A DNA stretch of 42,551 bases, taken from positions 1 through 42,551 of the forward strand of contig JAVECL010000151.1 in NCBI GenBank assembly GCA_051942245.1, written 5' to 3'. The notes beneath the pieces are model-generated. The model did not search any database. It saw only the letters and a list, made by a program, of their open reading frames with translations, and was not told the DNA's origin. A program made the translations under genes and the position numbers. The stretch comes from Trypethelium eluteriae (taxonomy: Eukaryota). Shown in pieces: positions 1 to 13,459 of this stretch (positions are counted from its first letter, which is position 1; each line of letters opens with the position of its first letter).

Positions 1-603
1 ACCCCCTCCCGCTTCGACCGCCCCGTCAACCTCTACACGCTGCTCGCGCAGAGCCTGCGGGGCGCCGGCCTGTCAGACTCAGAGGTCCAGCAGGAGCTTA
101 CGACCACCGAGCTTGCGAACCTCCTCGCCGGGTCCAATGCCACCTCGACCACCTCTGACTCCGCCGCTGCTGCGCCGCAAGACCTCCCCGCAGGCTACCT
201 CACCTGGCCGGACTTCTCCGCCAACCAGTACACCTTCTTCTACCCGGGCGCCTTCGACCTCGGGCTCGGCCTGCAGATCGAGGCGACAAAGCAACCCGTC
301 ACGACGGGCGAGCTGCTCACGCTGGCGTCGTTCCCGGGGAGCACGGGGTTCGCGGGGCCGGTGCAGGTGGTGACGGGGGAGAAGGATGCGATTTTCTGCG
401 GGGGCGACTGTTATGCTGTCGGAGCGGGAAGTAGCGCAAGTAACATACCAGCGGAGGTGGCGCCTGCGTTTCCGAATGCGAGCGTGTTTGAGGCGTACGT
501 GCAGCCGAATACGGGGCATGCGATTAATGCGCATTATAATGCGACGGGGGCGTATCATGCAGTTCAGAGGTTTTTAGGGGCGAATGGGTTTGGGGCGTCC
601 TGA
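1..603 (+). CDS. 3' part of an alpha/beta-hydrolase-fold protein (5' end outside window)
   Basis: Frame 1 is open from base 1 to TGA at 601-603: ...GYLTWPDFSANQYTFFYPGAFD...TKQPVTTGELLT...PVQVVTGEKDAIFCGGDC...QPNTGHAINAH. Acid (GEKD) and His (TGH) motifs sit in the usual C-terminal order. Confidence 0.75.
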   Translation, partial: TPSRFDRPVNLYTLLAQSLRGAGLSDSEVQQELTTTELANLLAGSNATSTTSDSAAAAPQDLPAGYLTWPDFSANQYTFFYPGAFDLGLGLQIEATKQPVTTGELLTLASFPGSTGFAGPVQVVTGEKDAIFCGGDCYAVGAGSSASNIPAEVAPAFPNASVFEAYVQPNTGHAINAHYNATGAYHAVQRFLGANGFGAS

Positions 604-834
604 GTCAAAAATGTGGAGGGGCAAGAAGACGTTTTGGGAGTGCATGTACAAAGGGTCTATTGATACTGTATACATCTTCAATGTACTGTATCTAGGTATC
701 GTCTAGGGGAACATAAAAAGAGTTACCCAATTTGAGATGTGTCAGTCGCTCAAAATGCTATTCAAAGTAGTTCTTACCCCAGAACCGACTCGATAACCAA
801 AATGCGGGGCTTGTTTAACTTGCCAATCCACCAC

Positions 835-3144
835 TCATTGTTTTAGATCCACTCCTATGCTACTCAAGTAGCTGCACCGACTTCTCTGATCCTCTGGAAC
901 TGTCTCTATTGCCGTAGCGTTAGTGACGAAGTGAATTCTTGCTTCACTCGTTCCATATTGATCCCAATGAGGGGTGCCTTTGAAGCGATGAGTGTTTGGA
1001 TTATTGGCTCTCACAAAACTCGTCCAGTAGCCTTGCGCAACGGGGACAATAGCTGCGTTTGTGGTGTTGTAACTGGCTGGGGCACCGCCATTGGTATTAT
1101 TAGGTCCCCAAATTGCGTTGACTATTCCGTTGATGATCAGTCGTTCCTCCCATAAGACTCGGAAGGGAACCTTGAAACATACCCTCGACGGTGTGGGGAA
1201 CACCGAAACCTTCTACACCTTGTGTCGGATCAACAACATCCCAATGGTAATTCCAAATGGGAACATTGAGCTCGCTGTACTTTCTTGATATAAATATACC
1301 AGGGCAGATGTATCTAACCTCGCCATACGCGTTTGACTAGAGAACTAATCAGTATGAAGTCCAAGATATGCAGGTCTGTGGTAGATATTACTGCTTGTCG
1401 CCAAAATCTCGAAGTATTAACAAATGTTGGAGTACCATCAACCGGATAAAGTGAGTTGATTTTGGCAAGTTGCTGCAAGGTGAGCGCAGGGAATTGGTTC
1501 TTCAAAAAATTGTCCGAGTCGCCGATGGTGGCCGTGGTGTTTGGTGTAAAGATCGTGCCCTCGTTAGTGTCTGGATTGTAATTAGTGCGCGGATGCAAGG
1601 AGGTACACGGGATGGCTTGATGTAATAGAACGAAGGGTGAACAAATAGGAGGCTGATGAGGGTAAACCATGACATCTATACGCCATGATCCCATGTCTCT
1701 TCAAAGCTCGCTTTCGGTCTGCGGAGGAAGGCATACACATCGAAGGATTAGGTGGTGATGTGAGACGCCTCAGCCGAATCGTATAGAAGGAAACGGTGAA
1801 AGAGCTAGAATTAACTTACCATCACCGTAGATACCTGGGACGTGAACGAATGCCCCTTTGTCAAAAGCACTGTACGTATAGTCTGTGACGAAATCGTTAT
1901 CAAGAGTCGGCCCGTACATGTAGAGCGGAGGAGATGAAGCGCCTGGAAACGGGATGTTGAAGCTTTGGCTCTGGAAATACGTCGTATTTAGTCCACGAAG
2001 ACAGGCTAGCGTGTCCTGTGCTGATGCGCATCCGGTTCGGATCACGAGTGCGTCATACTGGTATTGCGATTCATTAACGGTTCGAACGGCGGCAAATGAT
2101 TGTGACTCGGCAGCGGTGGCGGAAAACAGTCTATCATCTCGGCCGCCATAGGCAGTGAGTTGCAGAGTAACGGATGCTGCCAGGATTAAAGGCGAAACCA
2201 AAATGGCGCAGACAATTTACTCACCAGCCCCGGCTGAATCGCCAGCCATAGTTACGCGGCTAGGATCTCCACCGAACTGCTCAGATTTAGCGTAGTTCGA
2301 GATGTATCAAAGAATACATGGTTGGGTTTAGACAGGAGTCGGATAGCTCCATGGCGAATGGAAGACGGGGGGATCGAAGAAGACGTTGGAACGTCGAACG
2401 AAAATTGCTGATAGGACCAGATTGAAGCATCTCTTACCTTGCAAATATTTTTTTGCACCTATTGGGCCCATAGTCAGCACTCGCAGAAAATATCCAGATA
2501 TTAGGGACTCACCCATTCTAGCGCTTTTCTTTGGTCTTTCAACCCATTATTCGGACTTGCTACTTCTTGAGCCGCCAGGAAGCCATAGGCTCCGACTCGA
2601 TAATTGATGGCTACCGTAATAACTTGCAAGTCACCCGCTGTAACGATACCACTTCCGTTCAAGTTGGGGTTCGAATTCGTATTGAATCCTCCGCCTTGTA
2701 TGAAGAAATAGACTCCCAATTTGGAGTTCTCAGTAGCATTGGACGGTGCATAAATGTCCAAGAACAGACAGTCCTCTCCATAGCCTGTGGCATTGGCAGC
2801 TTGGCCAGTTCCAATGCAAATGTTTCCGTGCTAGACTCAAGTATTAGCCATGGCTTCGTTGATCGATCTTTTCCACGGCGAATTTTCTTTCTTTCCGCTC
2901 TTGAAAGTTCCATTGTTCTTACCGTATCAGCTATTTGGAGGGAGCCGTTGCGAGGGGGATCCTGGGGAGCAGCAAAACGCAAATTCCCGACGGGCGGGGC
3001 CCCATAACGAAGGCCTAACCATTGTGTGATGCCATTTTGAAGCGGAACGCCTTGATAACGTGAATGACCCAAATCCACGAGCGGTTCTACGGCAGACACG
3101 CTCTGAAATGCCGCGACAAAAGAGAGGAACTTTAGAACAGACAT
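835..3144 (-). CDS. Secreted carboxylesterase type B / lipase, multi-exon
   Basis: ATG at 3144 with signal peptide MSVLKFLSFVAAFQSVSA. Motifs WLGLRYGAPPVGNLRFAAP, FFIQGGGF, NYRVGAYGFL and NNGLKDQRKALEWV. Nucleophile FGGDPSRVTMAGDSAG (exon near 2225-2276), acid DTNEG and His GVPHTVE. Includes a 21-nt exon (2438-2458) and introns 2277-2437 and 1571-1819. Confidence 0.93.
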
Positions 3145-4059
3145 AGCGAGGAGGAAACGGAGAGGGAGATATGGAAGACATGAGGTCACACTGGAAAATT
3201 TATACTACAGACCTACCTAACCGCTTGCCTACCTGGGGGACGTATTCGGAGGGAGCGGCGTAGGAGCGACTCGGGCGGGCCTTCAGAGCCTCACCCGGGC
3301 CTTCTAATTCGACGTCTTACCATGGGGTGGCTTGCTTGTACCTGGTGATGATGGGGCGGGTGCTAGATCTAGCAAGCGAAGAACAAATCCACTGCGGGGA
3401 AGCGGCAATTAATGCGGTGTGTCGGTGAAAAGTAGGTTTATCCGGGTGATGTCTGCGTGGCTGGGAGGCTTGGCCGAGAGGAGGAAAATTGCATGAGACA
3501 TCGACTGCCAGATTTTGCAGTTGATGCATGCACAAAAGTTGTACGAATCGACAGGGTACCGTAATGTCCACACCCAGCTGCACATCTTATTGGGAATTAG
3601 TGGAAGATGGAGTTCGGTAATTGATAGATTACCGTCCGATCTTGCATGCAGAATCAGTGTAGCCAGCATTTCCTACTGCGGATATCATTGTGCATGTATA
3701 GAGCTACGAAGATCCTCTAAGTTGGAGCGTTGATTGGTCGTAAAAGTAGTACACCGTACTCGCTACCGCTTTTGACAAGGCCACCCCTTCAGATCTCACG
3801 TCATCAATAACCCATGGACTTGTCCAACAGGGTTCTTGGATACCACATAGCTCCTACTTCGAATCGAGAAGGTGGACACTTGGTGCAGTTACGATGCCTG
3901 CGAGCGTGCCTTCATCACTAAACCCAAGCCTACTCCGAGACGTATCCTTCAGGTATGTTCTCCAATTGGAGGTTGTTTCATACTACCAAAGTTCGGAGAC
4001 TCATTTTCAGAGCAGGCGCAACCAAAAATCACGGGCCGGGGACTCGTTGTCAGCGGTTT

Positions 4060-4091
4060 TGTGAGCGGAATGTGAGCGGAATGTGAGCGGA
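4060..4091. repeat. Short tandem repeat (TGTGAGCGGAA) x ~3
   Basis: TGTGAGCGGAA TGTGAGCGGAA TGTGAGCGGA read directly from the sequence. Confidence 0.9.
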
Positions 4092-4352
4092 GATGTTGAT
4101 ATTGAACGTGGGTGGGGGCCAGAGCACCTTGGAGAATTCAGAGGGTTCCGTATTACTCCTCGTCAGGCGATGTATAGGTTCGGACCTAAAACTGGACGAC
4201 GAAGTCTCCGAGCTTCACTCCGCAAGAGCCTCTCTCACCCGCCGAATAGCTGTCGCCCGTTTCAGCAGAGCAGCTGGAGCTGGTTTGTGAAAGACCCAAA
4301 GATAGGGCTGGCTCAGACACCAATACATGAAGTGAACAGATTTGTACCCGCA

Positions 4353-5027
4353 TTACACGGTCGCCTCTCGCATTATATTATCGTCGATAACTTGGGGCAA
4401 AGGACTGGATGATTGCGGCCGAAGTAGTTGTAGGGTTCTCCCGTCTTCCATAGTCAGGCTCCATTCGAGTGTTTCGAACTACACCAAATTATCAGTCTCT
4501 CAATCCATTAAATAGCTCTTCAAAATATCGGACAACCTCATGAGATGCCCTGGTCTGCAAGTACTTACGTAGCCCATACGCGTCTTTCTTTCACTCCGAA
4601 ACCTCATCAGTCCCTTTGCCTTTGTCCCCTTCACCCAGAAGCTGATATTTATCCTCCCGTGCAGCTGATTCAATTCACCACGGATCCACGGTACTTTGCT
4701 AGCAAAGTAAACCTCGTCACCAAGGGCTTCCCGAGCATCTGCATTGGTGCGGAGTGCGTAGAGAGTGCTGCTGACGACGGAGGAAGACGACTTTTGGTAG
4801 TTGAAAATTGCGAAAGTGGAGGCGGTGACGATGAGTAGAAATGCGGGAAGTGTACGAAGCCATCGATTCGTACCCCGGATAGATGGCAGAGCGCGATCAG
4901 ACCGGCGGCTCATGAGAGGACCAGAACCTGGTTTCGGAGCAGCAATGAGGGTGCGGAGTTGAGAGACCGCATTGCGTTTTGAGAGAAGACGGCTGCCTGT
5001 GCGGAACCGGAGTGATTGTGACAGCAT
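4353..5027 (-). CDS. COA1: Cytochrome c oxidase assembly factor Coa1 (mitochondrial)
   Basis: Arg/Ser-rich presequence MLSQSLRFRTGSRLL, one TM helix, then NYQKSSSSVVSSTLYALR...ALGDEVYFASKVPWIRGELNQLHGRINISFWVKGTK. One intron (GTAAGT near 4568) leads to FETLEWSL; TAA at 4353-4355. Confidence 0.88.
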
Positions 5028-5266
5028 CTCACAGAGTCTGGTCGATGATGTGTGACCGGCGACTATATTCGATGAGAGATGTAGTCGTATTGTAAGTATT
5101 ATTAGTTGCTGCTGCGGAGGTAGGTCAAAATGGATGAAGGATTCCGTCAAAGATGGAAAGCTCAAGCTTGGGCCGCAACCGCGGGGAGCTCCCTCGATAC
5201 AAACAACGACCTAATCCAAGTACCTACCTACCGGCCCATCAATACCAGCTTGAGCTACGGTGCAAC

Positions 5267-6049
5267 ATGACAGCAGCAAGGCTGAGAAAAGCCTTTCGCT
5301 ACCCTAGTGAGAGTGACAGCGATGGGCCTGTTGAAGGCATAGACGAAGAAGGTGCGCATGAAGCACCTCTGCGCCTGCACGTCACTGAAGATCGTACCAG
5401 AGCAAGATAAAGTTATCAGCAAACTCAATACTCAAGATGCAGTACAGAACGCGCTTTACACCGTACGCATACGATCGTCTCGCTCATGTCTCATCTCCAG
5501 CTATACATCTTTGAATACAAACTGACAGCCTAAGTAGAAAGCGTTTCTTGCTCTCGCGTTGCTTCCACTACCGTGGTACTTGACTACCCTGTTCAGTCAA
5601 CCGACTACGCAAGACCTGCTTGTCGTCATAATCAGTATCACGTCGCTTCTCTCTACTGCCTACATCGTATACTTCATGCCTCCGCGCAAGATCGATAAGA
5701 AAGGCAAACGGCCGGTGTATATTGCAGAGAGGGAGGAGGCCGTTGGGCCAGTACGCAAATATCTCATATCGCTGGTTGCTGCACTCTGTACGGCTCTTGC
5801 CATCAACGGTATCAGCGTCGCGAGAAAGCTCGGGCATGATGAGCCTTGGATTACGAATCCGCAGATATGGTGGACCTTGTTGCCTAGTGGTGAGTGTGTC
5901 ATTTGTCTAATCATTTCTGAGGCAATCAAATAACATTTACTGATTCTTCTTCAGTGATATTTGGATTAGTCATGTTCGCTAGGAGTCAAATGACCCCAAT
6001 CGATACTGCAGAATTACAAAGAGCTCGCTATCCTTATAAAGGCGCTTAG
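5267..6049 (+). CDS. Small multi-pass membrane protein of unknown function (4 exons), divergent from COA1
   Basis: MTAARLRKAFRYPSESDSD...EEEQDKVI, three GT-AG introns that keep frame, several hydrophobic segments, ending ELQRARYPYKGA-TAG at 6047-6049. Confidence 0.75.
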
Positions 6050-6319
6050 AAATCTGATCATCCATCGTTGCAATCTTCCGAAACAAGATCAAGTCTTCGG
6101 GACTGGAGGCTCGAGTGGGCGGTCGTGTAGCATTGAAAGAGAGAGAAAGGTAGTTGTCAGCAATGAGGTACAACAAAGCACTGTCCAAGTAGGTGTAAGC
6201 AGTCGTTCTACGTCGAAATGAGCACCCTGAGCTCTGCGGGTTGCCTTGGTGGACGTTTGTGCACAAGGTACGATATGTGCTAAGCTAGCATGGAGAAAGT
6301 GGACTGAGTGTTTGCAGTA

Positions 6320-9300
6320 TTACAGATCGATGGTCTCCGTGAATCGAAGAACACCATCGGCTTTCGAGACGCCGTCAACTCCAGAAGGAATTCCATGAGA
6401 GAGCACTGGAGTGGCGTAGCTTGTACTGGCTTCCGTGTCAGAGATATCCGAAATCAGTACAAGACCTGCAATTTTGATGGATTCGATCAGTGCAGGAACA
6501 AGTTTCTGCGAAATATTAGAAATAACAAGTCCACATGGTAAGAAAGCACTTACCAAGAGCCTAGAGCTGCATATCAAGCCCATGAAGTTGTTGCCTTGGG
6601 CTATCCGAACTGCCTCCTTAACAGAAAGTGGATTTCGAATCGTGCTCTGAGGCGGTTGCTGAACATCAGGGGGAGAGATTGGGTCAGATGTCAGCTGGTG
6701 ACAGAGAAGGACAGGATCTGTAGAATATTTTGTAAATGCAAAGCCACTTAATCATCAATTAGATATCGCAGGAGCACTTACAGTTCGGCTGCTTCCAATT
6801 CAACGCTGTAGAGAAATCGGGATTGGATGATGTGAAGACCATGGACCGCACCAACTGTTCCGATTTTTTGCGCAGGTCACGAGCATGATCGAAGACGACC
6901 ATTAAAAGCGCATCGGCGACGTCATTTATATTGGGAGTAGGACCAAGTTTCAAGTTCTCTTCCTCTTTTCTTGTTGGGTAGAGGATATGCACCTCTGTTT
7001 TGATGTGCGCAGGAATCAGATTGAGTGCCTCCCGCAGCGAAAAGAAGGATGCGGCTAAGCTTCGATGAAGAGTAGGAATGTCCAGATTATGCTGAGCTAT
7101 CTGTTCGCCAAGTGCAGTCCTGTCGGTACCTTGTTGACGGGCGACAACACTCACTTGAGCGTATGTAAGACTACTGATAGGGTAATCCAGGCCGCAGTGG
7201 TCGACCTTCCATCGAGGGTAGATGATTGGCACACCGTCGCTAGTCATCTGTACGTAGAGTCTTACGTACTCCCCAGAAAGACTGGACCCGGTAATGAGGG
7301 CGTTGGGTTGTGATCCGAGCTGACTCGTTGCTCTCCAGTAGGTCGCGAAATGCGTGATTTCAAGTGGTATGCCCGGGTACGGTGTTATGACCTGGAAATT
7401 GAAACTGATGCGACCAATGACTCTCAGCCGCGGATCGAAGAGCTCGAGGTGCCAATTTCCAGAGCTACTAGCTTTATTCGTGAAGACTCTCGACGAGGCA
7501 ACGCTTCTTGCAATGACCTTCGAGCCGAAGGTTGGATAAATGTCGAAATCTATACTAAACGTATTCAGATTGTCAATCTGAAAAGAGATGACTTTGAATT
7601 CGTCTTGTATCGGTAGAAGAAGGTTGCGCGGTATAAGGTCGGAGGATTTTGAAGAAATTGTGAGACGAGCTGCAGGATACTTGCTATCGTCATAAAACTG
7701 CACCGCATCTCCTCCCACATTGTCAAAGCTTATCACAACAAAGGTCTTCGTATCCAGGAAATTGTGCCCGTAGCGTCGCAACGGAATAATTGGCGGCGGC
7801 AAAGATAAGTCAGGGATACCTTCGGACTCTCCTGTTGAAGAAGCATGCCCACCGGAAACAGGTATGGTAGCTGCTTGTGGAGCTGGGAGCGGGGATGGCC
7901 GCGAAAGACCTGATGTTGTAGAAGCCAGCAATCTCATGCATTCAAGATGACCCTCCCACGTCGCATAGTACATGGCAGAAAGACCTTTTTCATCGAGAAT
8001 TTCCGCATTGGCACCACTATTCAATAAGGTCTTCAAGGATTCCACGTGTCCTTCACTTGCTGCATGGAATAGCGGGGTCCATTGATAGAGGTTGTCTGCC
8101 TGGTCAAGATTAACACCATAATTTCGGAGCATCAGTAGAAGTCGAGGGCTTCTCCCTGCGCGAGCGACCAAATGCTGAGGGTAAAGGCCTTCGGCGTCCG
8201 GAAGAATTTCAGGACGATGCTCCAATAGAAGATCAACTATGGCAATGGACCCATGTTGGCAAGCTAAATTCAAAGGTACATGATCCGACTCATCAGGGCG
8301 ATTTATTCCGGCTCCGCGATGAAGAAGTCGCTCCACGCAGTTGAGTCTAGAGCGGATGACCGCATAAATAAGAGGTGTGAACTTGTCTGAGTCTTTCGTA
8401 TTGATCGTATCAGGCACTGCGTCCAAGAGCAATTCAATGATGTCCACTCGACCGTGCATACATGCATAATGAAGCGGAATCCTTCCATAGATATCCACAA
8501 CTCGGGGGTCTAACCCACGGGACAGGCCAGCATGAATCACAAGCAAGCATCCTGCAATGGCTCCCTCGTGAAGGCAGTTCCGTTCGTTGACTTCATCAAT
8601 GTAGCTGAGATCCACCAGGTCCGAGTCGAGTAGAGCCTCAAGAGAAGACTCTGGTGCATCCGCGATCGTGCTCAGGAAAGCTCTGCTGATGCGCTCGCGA
8701 GCCCCTGCTGTCGTTCTTAAGCGGTTTATCCAGTCAGTCACAACCGGCAAGTCAGCGCTAATGACGGCTTGAAGGATCTGTGAATCCACATCATTTTCAC
8801 CAGTCTCCTGCACGTGGTCTGTGGCTGCTCTATTGGAAGAAGCCGCATATTGAATCTTTTCTCCCTCAGCCCATGCACCGAGCTCGAGAAGACTCGTAGT
8901 AGCTTTGTCCGAAAGATCACTGATGACATCTCGATTGAAGCAAGGCTGCACTTCAACGGCGCGAGATAGGTAAAGCTCCTTAGTCCGCGACTGCATCCTC
9001 ATTAGTTTTGAAATAGGATACCAAGGAGCTCATCCAGACCTTAGAAGTCTTGTCCCACTACTCGACAGTTAGCCCGAAAGCAGAGATTTGTAAGAACGCC
9101 AACACCACGGACCTTCTTCAAAATTTTGGAGAAGGCTGTTGCATTTATTTCAACAAATTGCTAGCTTGAATTAGTAACAATCTCGTAGGTTGAGGGCAAA
9201 AACGTACTTGGAGCTTGTTAAGGTCGGAGCTGAACTGTCTGAAGCCTTCTTCAAGCGTCACGTAGATCGATGAAGTTCGAGAGCTTGGTGCAGCGTTGCG

Positions 9301-9857
9301 GGACTGCAACATCTGCTTCTTGTCAAACAAGGTTTTGAGCCTCAGAGTAAGCTAGCGCAAAATTAGCTAAGCTATCGTATTATGGGGAGGTCATGGCTTC
9401 CTCTACCTCTGCTTCTTTCTGCAAATAAAACTTGTTGACTTTCTCTAGTTCACGCTCCTTTACATTGTCAGTAAATGAAACGATGCGAGACCCCGCACCT
9501 TTGACATACCAATCGGAAGAAGAATTTATCCTTATTGGCCTGTAAAGATGCTTGAGGGTCCGGGATCTCAGATTGCTCTGCTCCATTGCTCTGTGCACCT
9601 ATCACCGGGGTTGCGCTCAACTTTTTGATAAGCTTGAATAGCGTCAGTCGATCAGAGGAAGATGAGAATAGGTAGGGATGGAGATTGCACCTGTTTGAGT
9701 GCCTTGTAGTCAACGAAGCTCGCGGCATATTCTGGCAGGTCGAGCTGCCGTTTCTGGATGTGTTTGCCGAACTTCCTGCACCGATCACTTGTATAAGCAA
9801 TGGCTTTGCCACACAATGGCGACGCGCGGTAATGCAGCGCGTTTCGACCACCCACAT
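6320..9857 (-). CDS. nuc-2: SPX + ankyrin-repeat + GDPD-like phosphate-sensing CDK inhibitor NUC-2/Pho81
   Basis: SPX N-terminus MKFGKHIQKRQLDLPEYAASFVDYKALK, ERELEKVNKFYLQKE and NATAFSKILKKWDKTSK. Ankyrin repeats GRIPLHYAC, FTPLIYAV, VPLNLAC and WTPLFHAA. PIIPLRRYGHNFLD follows; ends DGVLRFTETIDL. Confidence 0.95.
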
Positions 9858-10278
9858 TATGTATAGATGAGACAATAGTTAGCTCGGCCACTATCGATTC
9901 ATTTGCGACCTAGAATAGTAGCGAATGGTTTCCAGAGAGATGATAGATACGAAATTCCGGCTGGTAGAGATCGTGGCAGGACAGGATTGACGGTGCAATC
10001 ACCCCAAAATGGGAGGAAGATTTTCTAACACCGACGAGAGGTCGTTGGTTCGGCAGGGTCATGTTACAACCGATGACCCAATATTGGCTGGAGCAGTCGG
10101 CATTGCGTGGCGGCGACTCGTGTGAGTATGTTTTGTCCTGAGGGGCAATCATGAGTTTCGCCATGTGTTCTGAGGGCTCCGCGGGCAGACGTTGATGCTC
10201 TAGCAACAGCAGTTAGTCAAGTGCAGGTGCAGGACCGAGGGAGGGACCCTTGCTCACAAGTGCCGCAAAGATTCTGAG

Positions 10279-10308
10279 CCAATCAAAGCCATTGGCCACG
10301 TCCACGTT
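10279..10308. promoter_or_regulatory. Candidate nuc-2 promoter elements: two CCAAT boxes and a CACGTT (Pho4/NUC-1-type) site
   Basis: CCAAT at 10279-10283, ATTGG at 10291-10295 and CACGTT at 10303-10308, about 450 bp upstream of the nuc-2 start. The motifs are short, so function is inferred. Confidence 0.35.
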
Positions 10309-10567
10309 GCGCTAAAGCATGTCGTGCATGCTCCGGGACTGCCGATAGACGGCCGTATTCGTCAACTTCGTTAGCGTGGCGGAGCGGAACTAGCTCAAAG
10401 CATCCCTCCGCTGACGGGACCGAGTCCTCATGAACTTACAATTGGGAGGTGCATCGTCTTATGAGCATTTGATAGGTGAAGACGCAATCGGACCCCACAA
10501 AACCACATGGGTATAATCTAGCATATCGTCTATTTGATCTTAATTCTATCCATAGCATCAAATCCCA

Positions 10568-12685
10568 TCAAGCATCCTTTCCCTTTCCTCTTCGCCAAGC
10601 TATGACATCGCCCTGGCGCCTCCAATCATCATGCCAATGAGTGTTGAAGCCTCGCCAATACTCCGAGTAATGACGAGCGACATCGAGCCTCTGCATATCC
10701 GGCTCAAGTTGTTCAAAGAATACCAGATAATCAGGCCACTTTCGGCGATGAGCTTGGCCAGTAGGCACATTGCGAGACTTGTCGTAAGTACTGTCCAAAG
10801 GTGCCATGTGGATATCCAACCATCGTTCTGGATTTTCGTAGAACTGATCTGCTTCATCGGTGTAACGGTGTCGCTGCGGAAGTGGAATGTCCAAGGGTGG
10901 CTCACAAGTAAGTGCCCAAGCCTCGATGGTAGGGTGAACAAGATGACTGCGCCATGGAGTGCTGTGACAAGGCATCAAGAAACCGACGCTCATGTTATAA
11001 GATCTTGTTGCATTCGTCTCCCCTGCAACAGCTAGGTCATAAAGCACTTGTTGATGCTCTCGACGAAGTAATTGTGTCACGTTCATAACACCGCGTTGGT
11101 GTACGTAACCTGCATAGCCTGCAATCAGCAGGTTAACAAATATAGTCGTAAACAGAAGCAATTTTCTCCATCCAATTTTTGGAACAGGAAACGGATCGTA
11201 GAAAGAAGCAAACGGCTTCGCTGCTAGGACATGTAGCAGCGGCAAGATCGGATTTATAAAGCGAACTTCTTTGTGTGAGAGGAAGCTGAGACTCATCGGG
11301 AGAATACAGACAATAATCGCAAAGATCCGCAGGGCGCCCTGTGAGACTTTGGCCGCGCTAGCCTCTGAGCCGGGGAGATTGGCGGGAAGACCCTCACTCC
11401 GGAATCGCAGGCCTTGCCAAACCCCGACAATGGCGAAGGGTAAAGCCGTAGTCAGGACAAGCGGCAGACCTTCTGTATAGTAATAGTCCAACCGGCTCGT
11501 CCCGTAGAATACTGCTATGTTCTGAGCAATATTGTAATACAGAAATCGAAAGGGTGGAAAGATCCACGTCCCGTAGAACCATCGATCAACAAGTCCTTCA
11601 AGCACGACGACAACGGAACTGATCGAGTTAGTCTGTCGTAATGTGAGGAAGGATTCAGATGGGTAACGCTTACCCGCAGATCGCTGACTCTCGTAACAAA
11701 GCCGTCGTCTCCCTAGCGGTTGCTTTACGAAGCGTAAACGCCCCAACGCACAGCCAGATCAAAGCGTCTGTTTGACGTATGAAACACGCGCAGGCGGCCA
11801 AAAGCAGTGCTCGCCGTAATCTAAGTTTGCATGAGAATATCATATTCGATAAATTCGATATACGCACTTAGTGAGTTCGTCTAATGGTCGACGTTTCCCG
11901 CTTTTCTTCTGGCTGGCTCTTAAGCCATGCTGATCTATCACATCGTTCTCGAGCTTATCCGATGACCAGTGCCAAGGCCAGAGGTACATAGCAACAATCG
12001 TGAGTGTAGTTTCAAGATTGTTGGAGAATGTGCGAGTGGAGAAAAACCACTGCCATGGGCTCAGCACCGTCAGAGATAACTGGGTGATGTCAAAACCGTA
12101 CTGGTATATTAGGTCTGCATGGGAATTGCAGAAGCAATACATACAGCGGCCCAAGCTACTGAACTGCCGCGACTGTACAACTTTTCATTTAGCTTCCAGG
12201 TATAGAAATCTGTTAAAGCTGCTAAGACGCCTTGCACTACTTTTGGAGCGGCAACAAGTAATTCCGCACGCAATGGAGGCGATAAATCGATCACAAATGA
12301 CAACACTGAGCTTAAATAATAAACGATAGCGAAGAGGAGCGGATGCAGGGACGACCGAAGTTGAACTGGCCATTCCTAAGACTTATTCAGTATTGTTGCG
12401 AGAACGTTGATGGTTCCGGCGCACCCAGGTTATCCAAGCACCACTCTCTCGTCCAAACACAGTCGCCCATGCTGGCTCGAGCGACTGGTAATATTCATCA
12501 GGCTGGAAGAAGGTCCCTATGGTCAAGGCATTGGCAATGCGTAGAGCTACGAGTATCCAAAACACATCATTTGCCTGTGCGTCCAGTACCTCCGGGTGAA
12601 CGTAGCTCGGGTATGCATGAGCTGTCCTTGGAGGAGCGCTTGACTTGACATTCTCTTGAGCCTCGTCTTCCCTAGTACTGGACAT
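10568..12685 (-). CDS. GPI10: GPI mannosyltransferase 3 (Gpi10/PIG-B, GT22)
   Basis: [89 protein letters not shown] and [12 protein letters not shown], joined across several introns. Confidence 0.94.
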
Positions 12686-13459
12686 TGCCGCCAAGTCAGA
12701 AATGGGTACCGCGAGCGGTCATGGGATGCAAGCCCCACTTGATGTCAGATATGAAGTTGTTCGTTTTGCGAGCCGCCCATGCTCAACGGAACTCTCCGTG
12801 ATCTCACCATCCACGCCGTCCACCGTCCGTGCTCTGTATCCACACCCGACAGCACTGTTACATCGAAAGGTCTGCTTTGCCATCTCATGATTATCGCTTT
12901 CTGCATAGACCGTGACTGGACTGCCAAGTCGCAGCATTTATCTATATGCATGGGCATTCTTCACTACATGATCTTTGTGCACTGGCTAAATCATGCATAG
13001 CCGTATTAGGTGGTTAGGGGGGACCCGGCGAAATCATTTCCGGCCAGGGAGCTCGTTTCGTTTCAGGGCCCCCATATTAACGCCTTTTTAACCGCATAGC
13101 ACTCTATTCGAAGCCTGTAATAACGCATTGCCATCCTACCACTAACCCAGAATCTACTGGAAGTCAATCTGGGAGAATCTAGTCCTACTATGCTTGTTTC
13201 CCAAGAGCAGAAATCCCCGCCAACCGGCACGTCTGACTGCTCTTAGCGAGATATTCTCTCCCAGGCTAATCGCAGCCATGTATCCATCCAACGCAGGGCC
13301 CATTCAAGCAGTAGACGATATAATAGCTATGTAGCTGCATTTGTTTCTTGATTCTTGGCATTACCTCTCTTTTCATCGCACCCTTCGATTCTTTCGTTTA
13401 CGCTTCAAGGCCAAGATCCTTTCACTATCTGAGTAGATCTCTACGTCCATTCTTTCGAT

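Noticed and set aside
79..558. Arg-rich minus-strand ORF and the many other antisense or overlapping ORFs in the track
   Set aside because: They are shadows of GC-rich real genes or intron read-throughs, with no independent motifs.
1571..2437. Two unusually long esterase introns (249 and 161 nt) as possible snoRNA hosts
   Set aside because: I found no convincing box C/D pair with terminal stem, or H/ACA layout, on the transcribed strand.
4060..4091. TGTGAGCGGA resembles the lac operator half-site (vector contamination?)
   Set aside because: The TAACAATT half and any flanking vector sequence are absent; it is a local tandem repeat in fungal intergenic DNA.
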